64,000 nucleotides of DNA from Planctomycetaceae bacterium (GCA_024225195.1 JAAEMV010000181.1:312-64311); one strand, 5' to 3'; shown: positions 9,315-18,475, counted from the first letter of the stretch. The notes: generated by a model not told the origin, from the letters alone. A program made the numbers and translations.

Positions 9315-9545
9315 CTCAAATTTCATCGCGTTGAAGCACGCATCTGCTGTACTTAAAGGTCTCTGGCAAACCGTTTGGTGCTGACTTGGTACCGGCCTTC
9401 TCAGACTAGACCTTGGTCTTGGGAAGAGATGCCTACCCAACGGAGATGACCGCTTAGGCATTGCTGTATACCTGGTTGGTGGCAACGACAGAGATCGCCG
9501 GCGGCCCGGACGCATGAAGATTCGGATCTTCGATTCACCACCACA
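9315..9545 (-). ncRNA. Candidate structured small RNA, unclassified, between tRNA-Glu and the terminator
   Basis: No credible ORF; the only one (9255-9515) is R/P/S-rich junk. Hand-found nested pairings on the minus strand: TTCAT-GCG/CGCGATGAA, GCGATCTCTGT/ACAGCAGATGC, TGCCTA...TAGGCA, AAGGTCT...AGACCTT. Boundaries are approximate. Confidence 0.3.
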
Positions 9546-9569
9546 ATGATCTGTTTAAAAAGGCAAAAG

Positions 9570-9643
9570 TACCCCCTAAGGGAGTCGAACCCCTGTTTCC
9601 GGACCGAAAAATCCGACGTCCTAGGCCACTAGACGAAGGGGGC
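9570..9643 (-). tRNA. tRNA-Glu-like (anticodon UUC counted from the 3' side), with a non-canonical anticodon-loop length
   Basis: Minus strand: GCCCCCT TC GTCT AGTGGCCTA GGAC G TCGGA TTTTTCGG TCCGG AAAC AGGGG TTCGACT CCCTT AGGGGGT A. Co-linear with E. coli tRNA-Glu except for one extra nt in the anticodon loop. No encoded CCA. Confidence 0.8.
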
Positions 9644-10072
9644 TTATTTAAGCCAAAAAATTTCACCAAACCGTATTTTACTGCGCCGGATTTGAAATGG
9701 TCAAGTCGGCCGCCGGAATTTCAAACAGAACCACCCCATGTTGAAGACAGACTGATCATGCCCCGATTGGCGTGTCCTGGTCAGCAACCGGTGCTGCCAC
9801 AATGGGTTAACACTTCAGCAAGCCTTTCGTCGTGAGGCCAAGTATTGCTGCGCTCAAAGTAGCCTGAACATTTGCAGTGTTTTTCACATTGTGAGCGTTG
9901 ATTTGAGACGTTGGATTCAGCGGGATTCTTGTTTGGATTGGATTCTATTTTTGTTCTTTATCCGTTTGCGACGTGGCGAATAATACAAGAAACGAATAAA
10001 CTGAAGGCCGCGTTAAACGTGGCAAATCGATCGCTAATTCCCCAACATTCTTTCCAATTGGCTGACAACTTT

Positions 10073-11611
10073 ATGAGCGTTACCAAAGAAGTCACTATTT
10101 TTGACACGACTCTTCGCGATGGTGAGCAATCACCAGGGGCGAGCATGAATTTGCAGGAGAAGCTGGAGATCGCTCAGGCGTTGATAGATCTTGGTGTGAA
10201 CGTGATTGAGGCGGGTTTTCCAATCGCCTCTCCAGGTGACTTTGAGGCTGTTCAGCAAATTGCCTCGAACTTTCGTGGGGCGCAGATCTGCGGCTTGGCA
10301 AGATCCAACGATAAGGATATCGATAGAGCTTGGGAGGCGTTAAAGCAGTCACAAGATCCAAGGATTCATGTCTTCCTTGCAACCAGCGCGATTCATCGAG
10401 AGTTTAAACTGAAGATGACACCGGATGAGATTATCGCACGTGCGGTGGCCGGGGTTCAGCGGGCGAAAAGTTATTGCGATAATATCGAATTTTCCCCAGA
10501 GGATGCGGCCCGAACTGAACCGGATTTTTTGTGTCGGGTGGTTGAAGCTGTAATTGCCGCCGGCGCAACAACAGTAAACATCCCGGATACGGTGGGGTAT
10601 GCGACTCCGGAGCAAATGGGACGGGTTATCAAGAATTTGGTGGATCGAGTGCCGAATATTGATAAATCTGTGATCAGTGTCCACTGCCACAATGACCTTG
10701 GCCTTGCCGTTGCGAATAGCCTTGCCGCGGTGCAGAATGGCGCGGGGCAAATAGAGTGCACAGTGAATGGAATCGGTGAGCGAGCGGGGAATTGCTCACT
10801 TGAAGAGGTTGTGATGGCAATGCGTACGCGAAGTGATGTTTATGCATATGAGACGACCATCAACTCGAAACGATTGGTTCCCACTAGCCGCTTGGTGTCC
10901 TCAATTACGGGTTTAGAAGTTCAACGAAATAAAGCCGTTGTTGGTCGAAATGCTTTTGCCCACGAAGCTGGCATTCATCAAGACGGGATGCTCAAAGAGA
11001 GAACGACCTATGAAATTATGCGGCCCGAAGACGTAGGGTTCGCAAATACAGATTTGGTGCTTGGTAAACACAGTGGTCGGGCGGCGTTGGCAGATCGTGC
11101 GAAGCAGCTAGGATTCACGTTGACCGGTGAACAGTTGCAAAGTGTTTTTGAGGAATTTAAAAAACTTGCCGATCGAAAGAAAGAAATCTTTGATGGTGAC
11201 ATTGCGGCGTTGATTGAGCACGAGATCCTTGGAATCTCGGAAGAAGAGTGGTCGCTAGTTTCGTTTAAAGTTGACTTGAACTATCAGATGTCTCCCAAGA
11301 TAGTATTGACCCTTGAAAAGGGTGGTGAGGAGACAACGGTTGAACAATCCGAAGGTTCCGGCCCCGTTGATGCCGCCTTTTTGGCGGTGAAACAGATCAC
11401 TGGGGTTGAAATGAGTTGCAAGGAGTTCCACGTACGCAGTACGTCACTCGGTTATGACGCTCCTGGAGAGATAACACTTGAGGCTGAGCATGCCGGGCAG
11501 ATCTATCGCGGGCGGGCGATCTCCACGGACTGTGTCGAGGCTTCCATCAAAGCGGTGTTGAATGCAGCTAACCGAATTCTGGCAGCGAATCGGAAATCAG
11601 AAAACGCTTAA
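10073..11611 (+). CDS. leuA: 2-isopropylmalate synthase
   Basis: 512 aa from the ATG at 10073 (maximal ORF starts at TTG 9911). IFDTTLRDGEQSPG, HCHNDLGLAVANSLAA, GIGERAGN and a C-terminal LeuA dimerisation/regulatory domain. Confidence 0.94.
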   Translation: MSVTKEVTIFDTTLRDGEQSPGASMNLQEKLEIAQALIDLGVNVIEAGFPIASPGDFEAVQQIASNFRGAQICGLARSNDKDIDRAWEALKQSQDPRIHVFLATSAIHREFKLKMTPDEIIARAVAGVQRAKSYCDNIEFSPEDAARTEPDFLCRVVEAVIAAGATTVNIPDTVGYATPEQMGRVIKNLVDRVPNIDKSVISVHCHNDLGLAVANSLAAVQNGAGQIECTVNGIGERAGNCSLEEVVMAMRTRSDVYAYETTINSKRLVPTSRLVSSITGLEVQRNKAVVGRNAFAHEAGIHQDGMLKERTTYEIMRPEDVGFANTDLVLGKHSGRAALADRAKQLGFTLTGEQLQSVFEEFKKLADRKKEIFDGDIAALIEHEILGISEEEWSLVSFKVDLNYQMSPKIVLTLEKGGEETTVEQSEGSGPVDAAFLAVKQITGVEMSCKEFHVRSTSLGYDAPGEITLEAEHAGQIYRGRAISTDCVEASIKAVLNAANRILAANRKSENA

Positions 11612-11629
11612 AAGCATCTTAACGAACAA

Positions 11630-11670
11630 CAAGGATGTCGAACGCATTCGACATCCTTGTGTTGCTTGTT
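11630..11670. terminator. Intrinsic terminator hairpin between convergent leuA and the polysaccharide export gene
   Basis: Perfect 13-bp stem CAAGGATGTCGAA / TTCGACATCCTTG with loop CGCA, followed by T-rich TGTTGCTTGTT. Confidence 0.65.
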
Positions 11671-11727
11671 GGATTCAGTAAGCCCAGTGCAGTCTTGCGA
11701 AGCACTTAGGTTGGACTTACCTCAGGT

Positions 11728-13023
11728 TTAGTTCCGGAATAGCTGGGAAAGCCCGAACGTGAAGAACACGTTGCTGGCGAAGTTGAGCACTTCTTCCTGC
11801 GGCTTGTATCTTAACAATAGTTGGTCGCCCGGTTTCACGAGGATTCTCTGTTTCGGATCATTGATCGTATCGTTAAGGTCGATTCGGATTGCAAGTTGTC
11901 GTTTCCCAGGCACCTGTCGCAGAACGATCAGTTCAGTGGGAGGAACATTTTGAGCGGCGCCTCCGAGTGCTCCGGAGCGTTCAGTCGTTGCGATCCCTCT
12001 TCCGGCGATGGAAATTGCAGCGAGCACATCGAGATCATAGTCTCGAGGAATTGGGAACTCACCGCCGCCGAGCAAACCGCCCGTATAGTAGACATCGGTC
12101 TCACGAGTGTCGACATAAATGATGTCTCCATCCCCGAGGATGATATCTTCGGTATTGAATGTTGGCACTTGTCCTGGTTTCAATCTTAGTGGGATTTTGA
12201 TTGAGTTTGTTTCGTCTGCAATTTTCGGCATGGTTCCGTAGGGAAATTCCGAAGGGCTGTGCGTCCGGTAAAATTCGTTCATCTGCTCGTCTCGCTGAGC
12301 AGTATCAATTCGGTTGCCACGCAGGATGCGAACCTCTGCCTTGGCGTTAACACCGGGTAGTCCACCTGTTTGGGAGAGTGCATTAAGTACGTCGTTTTTA
12401 TACGCAGGCAACTGGAGAACGAATCCTCGTCCCGATTGATCCGAGCGGTCGGTCACACCCATTCGTTGGCTTTGACCTTGGAATTGGTGTGACCGCGTCG
12501 CTTGTGAGTTGTCCTGCCGCACAACAAAAATACGGTAGGTTCGCTCACGCATCAGCGTCACAATGATCCGGCCGCCCTCTTTCAATTGAGGTTCGTCTCC
12601 CTCGGTATAGGCCCGTTTAATCAGCGCTTCTGCTTGTTGAATGGTTAGACCGCGAACAGGAATGGGATCTACGGAAGGTAGCGAAAGTGTTCCGTCTTCT
12701 CGGACAGGGACGGGGTATCCGATCGCAGGTGGCAGGTCGCTATCTGGGCCAGGTAATTGAACCGGTGGCGCGTCGTCTGAGTTGCCAAGAATTCCTTCGA
12801 TGAAAACGCCCAAAACATCGTCCGCATCCAGCGTGTAATATTGCGGTTTCGTTTGACGAAGGCGAGCGACGTCAATTGGGATTTTGTCGGCTTGAGGTTC
12901 TGCCAGGAATTGTACAGGAACCCGACTCGCAGGAATTGTATCGATCGGTGAAAACAAGGCAGTACAACCAGTGAGCGACGAACTTGCCAGCACCGTTATG
13001 AGAATAAGCATCCGGCTGGACAT
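11728..13023 (-). CDS. Polysaccharide export protein (Wza-like; Poly_export + SLBB domains), lipoprotein
   Basis: Signal/lipobox SSSLTGC. Poly_export-like YYTLDADDVLGV...REDGTLSLPSVDPIPVRGLTIQQAEALIKRAY and SLBB-like ILGDGDIIYV / VKPGDQLLL. Start set at ATG 13023; the maximal ORF reaches 13149 and ATG 13065 is also possible. Confidence 0.8.
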   Translation of the reverse strand: MSSRMLILITVLASSSLTGCTALFSPIDTIPASRVPVQFLAEPQADKIPIDVARLRQTKPQYYTLDADDVLGVFIEGILGNSDDAPPVQLPGPDSDLPPAIGYPVPVREDGTLSLPSVDPIPVRGLTIQQAEALIKRAYTEGDEPQLKEGGRIIVTLMRERTYRIFVVRQDNSQATRSHQFQGQSQRMGVTDRSDQSGRGFVLQLPAYKNDVLNALSQTGGLPGVNAKAEVRILRGNRIDTAQRDEQMNEFYRTHSPSEFPYGTMPKIADETNSIKIPLRLKPGQVPTFNTEDIILGDGDIIYVDTRETDVYYTGGLLGGGEFPIPRDYDLDVLAAISIAGRGIATTERSGALGGAAQNVPPTELIVLRQVPGKRQLAIRIDLNDTINDPKQRILVKPGDQLLLRYKPQEEVLNFASNVFFTFGLSQLFRN

Positions 13024-13174
13024 GGCTCGATAACTAGATTTTTTTGAGTGGGGCTTAATAACCATCAACTCGTGCTCCCTTAATTGCGGTAGGCGATCCG
13101 ACCGCGTCGTAATAAGTTTGGATGTTTGGGTTAGACGTTGCTTCTGCAATGTCTCTGACTTTTTTAATCGCGGT

Positions 13175-13873
13175 TTACTTCGATGTCGGCTGAACCATTG
13201 GTCTAGCGAAGGTGCTAAAATCGGTGGAGCCTTTTGAGTTTAAGTAATCTATTTGTGTCCCAATCGGGGTAGCCTGGTTGCCTCCGGAGTTGGCTGCCGA
13301 AGTACCGGTCACTGTTCTTACGCCACTTGGCAGGTTGCCCGAGGGCGTCGTTGCCATAGGATTGGTAGTTGTTGGCGTCGCGTTCGTTGACACGACTTGA
13401 ACGTCGGCCGGAAGCACTGGATCAGTGTTGGATTGGTTTATGGCTGAATCGATCATGCGAGAGATCAGGACGTCGTGATAAGTCCCGGACTTATCTTTCT
13501 TTGCTGCAGCAACGCCGGCTGGATAGCCTTCAAACCAGCTGTTGACGCACTTTGCGCCATCGGCAGATTGATATTCTGGTGCTCGGTATTCTTCAGGTGG
13601 AAGTGCTGGGACGTACCCATCGCCACCGTTACACATGTCGGTGTAGCCCGCACAAAAACCATTTTCAAAGTGCTTTGCATAAGCACGTTCGCAGTTTCCA
13701 TACCGTAAGTTAAAGGCACGTTTTGCCCAGACGGTATCGCGGTACGTTAACATCGACGCCTCTTTGATACCAAGTTTGCAACCGGTAAACGAAGCGGTTG
13801 TCAGAACGGCAACGCAGATGATTAATAACGAATAACCGGGTCTATATGTGACAAATGTTGGTTGGTTCTTCAC
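13175..13873 (-). CDS. Cys-containing lipoprotein of unknown function
   Basis: 232 aa with a GTG start. Lipobox SFTGC. Cys-rich central region (GNCERAY...GFCAGYTDMCNGGDGY...AKCVNSW) and a Thr/Ser-rich tail. 25 bp upstream of the Wza-like gene on the same strand. Confidence 0.6.
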   Translation of the reverse strand: MKNQPTFVTYRPGYSLLIICVAVLTTASFTGCKLGIKEASMLTYRDTVWAKRAFNLRYGNCERAYAKHFENGFCAGYTDMCNGGDGYVPALPPEEYRAPEYQSADGAKCVNSWFEGYPAGVAAAKKDKSGTYHDVLISRMIDSAINQSNTDPVLPADVQVVSTNATPTTTNPMATTPSGNLPSGVRTVTGTSAANSGGNQATPIGTQIDYLNSKGSTDFSTFARPMVQPTSK

Positions 13874-14257
13874 AACAACTTTCTCTGAAATTGACTTTAT
13901 TCATCAATCGGAATCCCTCAAAGATTTTTATCTTTCAAAGGAATCAGACAGGGGCGCGAGCCCATCGCCTAGTCATTTCATCGCCAGTTAAGCTGTACCG
14001 GATTTAACGAAGATCCTATTTATAGCGCTTTTAACGAAAAATTCTTCGCGACCTGTAAAGATGGGGGGGCTATTGAAGGGCGAAGCTGGCAAGTTCGCTG
14101 CATTCTTCAACTTGCCAGCAACCTTAGATGAGCGAGTGGCGATCAGCCCAGCATCAATCGGGCTGATTGGTGGGCTGTACGAATGAAGAGTTGGCCGGAT
14201 TTCGAGCGTGATTGCAAGTGAGCGATGAAATAGGTGAAGCGGCCAGGCTGATCTACT

Positions 14258-15082
14258 TTAAGTGGCCACCACGCCGTTGACCAAATGAATTATCCGGTCA
14301 GCTTGCGAAGCGAGTTGATCGTCGTGTGTGACCATCACGACGGTAAGATTTTCATGCTTGCGAAGTGCGGTTAGTGTTTCCATAACCTCAGCTCCGTTCT
14401 CTGAGTCCAAATTCCCCGTAGGCTCATCGGCGAGCAGGATCGAGGGATCAGAGATAAGTGACCGCGCGATGGCCGTACGTTGCATCTCACCGCCAGAAAG
14501 TTGACTCGGCTTGTGCGTGAGGCGGTGGCTTAGCCCGACCATTTCCAATAGCTCAATGGCTCTTTTGCGATAGCTTCGTTTATTTTTGAGGTAACGAAAG
14601 AAACCATCCTGAACCATTCGAGGAATGAGAACGTTCTCTAGCGTGGTGAGCTCGGGTAGCAGGTGGTAGAACTGAAAAATGAGTCCAAATTCGCGGTTGC
14701 GAAGGTGTTCCTGTTGGCGAGGAGCTAGGTTGTCGATTCTTTGATCTCGAAAATAAATTTCTCCGCTATCGGGTGCATCGAGTGTTCCCAATAGATGCAG
14801 CAAGGTACTTTTTCCGGAACCGCTTTGCCCAATGATTGCGGTGAATCCTCCCTCTTCAATTTCAAGATCCACACCTTTTAAGACCGGTACTTGGACCGCC
14901 CCTTTTCCATAGCTCTTGAAAAGTCCGCTGACCGACATAACTGAAGTATCAGCAATGCGAAGTGGCGCGGAATTATATTTACTAGACGAGCTCTTGGCTG
15001 AATGTAATTCTGTGGCGGGCATATTGCCTCCCTTGGATTCTCGGTCGATTCGCAGGGGGTTACTGGGTGCGACATCACTCAT
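14258..15082 (-). CDS. lolD: ABC transporter ATP-binding protein (LolD/MacB-type)
   Basis: Walker A GQSGSGKST, signature LSGGEMQRTAIARS, Walker B ILLADEPTGNLD. ATG 15082 overlaps the upstream permease stop by 8 nt; the maximal ORF reaches 15142. Confidence 0.87.
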   Translation of the reverse strand: MSDVAPSNPLRIDRESKGGNMPATELHSAKSSSSKYNSAPLRIADTSVMSVSGLFKSYGKGAVQVPVLKGVDLEIEEGGFTAIIGQSGSGKSTLLHLLGTLDAPDSGEIYFRDQRIDNLAPRQQEHLRNREFGLIFQFYHLLPELTTLENVLIPRMVQDGFFRYLKNKRSYRKRAIELLEMVGLSHRLTHKPSQLSGGEMQRTAIARSLISDPSILLADEPTGNLDSENGAEVMETLTALRKHENLTVVMVTHDDQLASQADRIIHLVNGVVAT

Positions 15083-16814
15083 ATCGAAGTGCCTCAACTG
15101 GGTGTAATCTGGCAGCGCGAAGTGCGGGGAGCACACTGGCAAGGACGGCTATCGCAATTGCACCAACGGCGACCCAAAAAATGGTAACGGGATTTACCAC
15201 GGTTGGTATTTCAGAAAAATAATAGATCGTTGGATCGAAGACTTCCTGTCCGGTGAGCACGGCGACCGCATCGGCAATTTCGTTGATGTATTTAACAAAG
15301 AGTAATCCAATGACGATTCCCACCCCGGTACCAACGGTGCCAAGCGACATTCCATAGCCGAGGAAGATGGACATCACGCCTCGACTGGGGGCTCCCAATG
15401 CTTTGAGGATTCCAATGTCTTTGGTTTTCTCGACGACGATCATGTAGAACGTGGCCAAAATCCCAAACCCGGCAACGGCGATGATGAGGAACAGTAAAAT
15501 ATTTAGGATCGTTAATTCCATTTTGACGGCGCTCAACAGAGGACGTTGCGTATCCTGCCAGGTGCGAATGTCATAATCCGGGAAATAGTTTGGAGGGAAT
15601 TGAGCGATTAACTGATCTCGCACTGCGTCTAAATCAGCACCCTCTTTTAATTTGATTTGGATGGTGGATACAGAACCTTGTCCAGTCATCGGATCGATCA
15701 TGCCTCGCAGTTGTTGAAGTTCGCTAAGGGGGAGGAAAGCGAAACTGGAGTCGTACTCATGCATGTTAGATGAATAAAAATCGACGACGGTACAGTTCTC
15801 GATGACGGGTTTGGGGCTTTCTCCAATGGTCGTCAGCATAATATTTGCATCGTCACCGGGTCTAATAAGATAAGCGTCTTGCAACTCGCCTGAGGGAAGT
15901 TCCACTTTTCGCTCGGAGATGGCTAAGCCTAAAATAATGCCTGTGCGATGATCCTTCATGGGATCAAATAGATCTTCCGATTTGATTTCCGGACGAAATT
16001 TTGCATGGGGATCAAAAGGTGAAATTCGATGAATGGAACCATCGTTTGACGCCTGATTTTCCGCTGATTGGTCGGCAGTTAACGGTTGGGGAGATTGGCT
16101 GGCAATGCCCTCTTCGACGGGATTCCCAGTAGGCGGGATATCGGGAAGCGTTGCCGGTAGCGGTGCAAATCGAGTCCCCTGCTCTTCTTGAGTGTTCGTG
16201 TTTTCGTGGCTGGCCGTTTCGACGTGAGACGGCTCGGCAGCATAGAAAGCATTGGCTGCGTTGTCGTATAAACTGTCGTATTCACGACTGTTTGCTTCAA
16301 TTCGTCGTTGAATTTCGATTCGGGTTCGACGGTACTTCCAACCGGCATCTCCTTTGAATTTTTCCTGATCGTAGCCGTCTTCTTCGAGATCAAAAGAAAA
16401 CGAATTGCGTTTTATTTCGTTGGTTAAATATGGCTCAAAGTCGGTGACTTTACCAAACGTTTCATCGTCGATGCCCAGAAGCATGATCTGTTGAGTCCAT
16501 TGACGTCCACGCACATCAAATGAAAGCAAAGCAGGCGTTCGAACGACGCACGTCGCTTCCTGAATTTGGTCACCGAGCGTCTGTTTAATGATCTCAACAT
16601 GACGTTCCGGATGCGGGATTTCGCTAAACATCTGAGTCGAAATTTCGACGTCCGAAAGAATCCCATGAAGCCGGTTTTTCATCTGATCAACAAAACCAGC
16701 CATGACGCTGTTGACCACGATCAAAGTCGCGACACCAAGAGTCACACTGACAATCGATGCCAACGCGATGAAACGTGTTTTTAAGTATCGCCACGACAAA
16801 AGCAACTTATACAT
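15075..16814 (-). CDS. ABC transporter permease, LolC/LolE (FtsX/MacB-type) family with an enlarged periplasmic domain
   Basis: N-terminus MYKLLLSWRYLKTRFIALASIVSVTLGVATLIVVNSVMAGF is LolC/E-like. C-terminal FtsX-type TM bundle (KTKDIGILKALGA...). 579 aa, against roughly 400-415 aa for typical LolC/E as I recall. Confidence 0.82.
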   Translation of the reverse strand: MYKLLLSWRYLKTRFIALASIVSVTLGVATLIVVNSVMAGFVDQMKNRLHGILSDVEISTQMFSEIPHPERHVEIIKQTLGDQIQEATCVVRTPALLSFDVRGRQWTQQIMLLGIDDETFGKVTDFEPYLTNEIKRNSFSFDLEEDGYDQEKFKGDAGWKYRRTRIEIQRRIEANSREYDSLYDNAANAFYAAEPSHVETASHENTNTQEEQGTRFAPLPATLPDIPPTGNPVEEGIASQSPQPLTADQSAENQASNDGSIHRISPFDPHAKFRPEIKSEDLFDPMKDHRTGIILGLAISERKVELPSGELQDAYLIRPGDDANIMLTTIGESPKPVIENCTVVDFYSSNMHEYDSSFAFLPLSELQQLRGMIDPMTGQGSVSTIQIKLKEGADLDAVRDQLIAQFPPNYFPDYDIRTWQDTQRPLLSAVKMELTILNILLFLIIAVAGFGILATFYMIVVEKTKDIGILKALGAPSRGVMSIFLGYGMSLGTVGTGVGIVIGLLFVKYINEIADAVAVLTGQEVFDPTIYYFSEIPTVVNPVTIFWVAVGAIAIAVLASVLPALRAARLHPVEALRYE

Positions 16815-16921
16815 TCGCCAATCCTTTGGCCTTGTTAAAGCGAATCTCGACGAGTCTGTTATCGATTATTCGCGTTTTTTATGGGTCAGTCACCGTTTCA
16901 AATAAACGGATTTAAAACGTT

Positions 16922-18475
16922 CTAGTTCTCAGCTCTTAGGAGTGGAAACAGAATGATATCGCGAATGGAAGGAGAATCCGTGAGTAGCATTACTAGCCGG
17001 TCTATCCCAATTCCCAATCCACCTGCCGGAGGCATTCCATTTCTGAGAGCACGAACAAAGTCGTGGTCCATTTTTGCCATGGAATCCTCTTCCGCCATCC
17101 CTTCCAGCTGATTTTCGAACAACTCCTTTTGTAAATCCGGATCATTTAATTCCGTGTAAGCATTTGCGAGTTCCATTCCGTTTATGAATAGCTCAAAACG
17201 CTCCGCGATGTTCGGATTATCTTTCTTTCGTTTGGTTAAAGGGCAAATGCTCGCGGGATAGTCTGTAACAAATACAGGTCCAATTAAAGCATCTTCCACT
17301 TTCTCTTCGAAAACTTCGTTTTTGATCACGTCAGGGTGTTTGCCGTCGACCGCTAAACCAAGTGTTTCAGCATATGCTTTTACAGCAGCAGGGTCTTGCG
17401 GGTCAACGCCGGTGTTCTCGGCAAAAAGTTCGTCATAGGGCTTTCTGGCAAATGGGGTAGAAAAGTCAACTTGGGTATCTCCGTAGGGGACGGTCGTTTC
17501 CGAGCCAAGTGCTTGCAGTGCATCTGCTATCACTGATTCCGTGAGGTCCATCATTGATTCGTAATCGCCGTAAGCCTGATAGACCTCAAGCATGGTGAAT
17601 TCAGGGTTGTGTTTGGGGCTGATACCCTCGTTTCTGTAAACGCGTCCCATTTCAAACACACGTTCCATGCCACCAACCATCAAACGCTTCAGGTGCAGTT
17701 CCAGAGCGATTCGCATCGTCAACGGCATATCGAGCGCGTTGTGATGTGTTTCGAATGGGCGGGCGGCCGCTCCACCAGCAATGGTGTGCAGGGTCGGTCC
17801 CTCGATTTCGACAAAATGCTGGTCGGTGAGAGTCTTGCGAATGGAGGTGACAATTTTCGAGCGGGCCAGGAAACGATCTCTCACCCCTTCGTTGTAGGCG
17901 AGGTCTACGTAGCGACGCCGCTGGCGGAGTTCGGCGTCGACCAGCCCTTTGTGTTTGGCTGGTGGTTGGTCGAGGGTCTTGCAGAGAATATGAATTTTGT
18001 CTGCAAAAATTGAGAGTTCTCCCGTTTGGGTTCGCCGAAAGGTCCCATCAATTCCAACGAGGTCACCTAGGTCGAGGCATTGGATCAATTCCCAGTTTTC
18101 TTCACCGACTTGATTTTTGCCGACAAATAGTTGAATTCGTCCGGTCCAGTCCTCGATGTCAATAAAATGCAGCTTTCCTTTATCGCGGTGGAGCAGGATT
18201 CGGCCAGCAGCCCTGACCTTTGGGCCGCTCATCGTTCCTTTCCCTTGTTCTTTGCACCAGTCCCGGAAGCTAAGTTCGCCCAGTTGTTCGGCAGTAGGGA
18301 GTTCGAGCGAATCTCCGGATTCGGGGACGAACTTAATTTCTCCGGTTCGCTGGAGGATATCCCCGATCATATCTCGATCGTTAAACCGGTGCCCCCAGGG
18401 GTCGATTCCTAATTCAACTATCCGATTTAAGTTACTCCGTCTGGATTCCTCAGGAGCTAGTGCGCCGTCGTTCAT
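16922..18475 (-). CDS. lysS: Lysine--tRNA ligase (class II)
   Basis: 517 aa. OB-fold anticodon-binding region and class II motifs (FVEIEGPTLH, RVFEMGRVYRNEG, GGLGIGIDRLVMLLT). Confidence 0.95.
   Translation of the reverse strand: MNDGALAPEESRRSNLNRIVELGIDPWGHRFNDRDMIGDILQRTGEIKFVPESGDSLELPTAEQLGELSFRDWCKEQGKGTMSGPKVRAAGRILLHRDKGKLHFIDIEDWTGRIQLFVGKNQVGEENWELIQCLDLGDLVGIDGTFRRTQTGELSIFADKIHILCKTLDQPPAKHKGLVDAELRQRRRYVDLAYNEGVRDRFLARSKIVTSIRKTLTDQHFVEIEGPTLHTIAGGAAARPFETHHNALDMPLTMRIALELHLKRLMVGGMERVFEMGRVYRNEGISPKHNPEFTMLEVYQAYGDYESMMDLTESVIADALQALGSETTVPYGDTQVDFSTPFARKPYDELFAENTGVDPQDPAAVKAYAETLGLAVDGKHPDVIKNEVFEEKVEDALIGPVFVTDYPASICPLTKRKKDNPNIAERFELFINGMELANAYTELNDPDLQKELFENQLEGMAEEDSMAKMDHDFVRALRNGMPPAGGLGIGIDRLVMLLTDSPSIRDIILFPLLRAEN

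Noticed and set aside
9255-9515. 86-aa minus-strand ORF in the tRNA-downstream region
   Set aside because: Its composition is dominated by Arg, Pro and Ser (MRPGRRRSLSLPPTRY...), typical of a chance frame in GC-rich structured DNA. It runs through the terminator hairpin and into the 10-bp tandem repeat. It is better explained as non-coding (candidate sRNA).
9315-9545. SRP (4.5S), tmRNA or 6S identity for the candidate sRNA
   Set aside because: There is no GGUCCGGAAGGAAGCAGCC-type SRP helix-8 motif, only a loose AAGGTCTAGTCTGAGAAGG resemblance. There is no tRNA-like tmRNA end or tag ORF. A 6S-like rod is possible but cannot be established by eye, so the RNA is left unclassified.
9911-10072. 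N-terminal extensions of maximal ORFs, e.g. leuA from TTG 9911, gltA to 34184, yqgE to 44531, POT transporter to 26762, and lolD to 15142
   Set aside because: The extensions precede the conserved family N-termini, often begin with rare start codons, and in lolD would overlap the upstream gene by 68 nt. Internal ATGs give family-typical lengths. Starts remain predictions.
14085-14170. Two strong hairpins downstream of lolD (11-bp stem at 14085-14119; 8-bp stem around 14143-14168)
   Set aside because: Neither is followed by a U-tract on the minus strand, so I did not call them intrinsic terminators. They may be Rho-dependent pause sites or REP-like elements, but I saw no further copies in the window.
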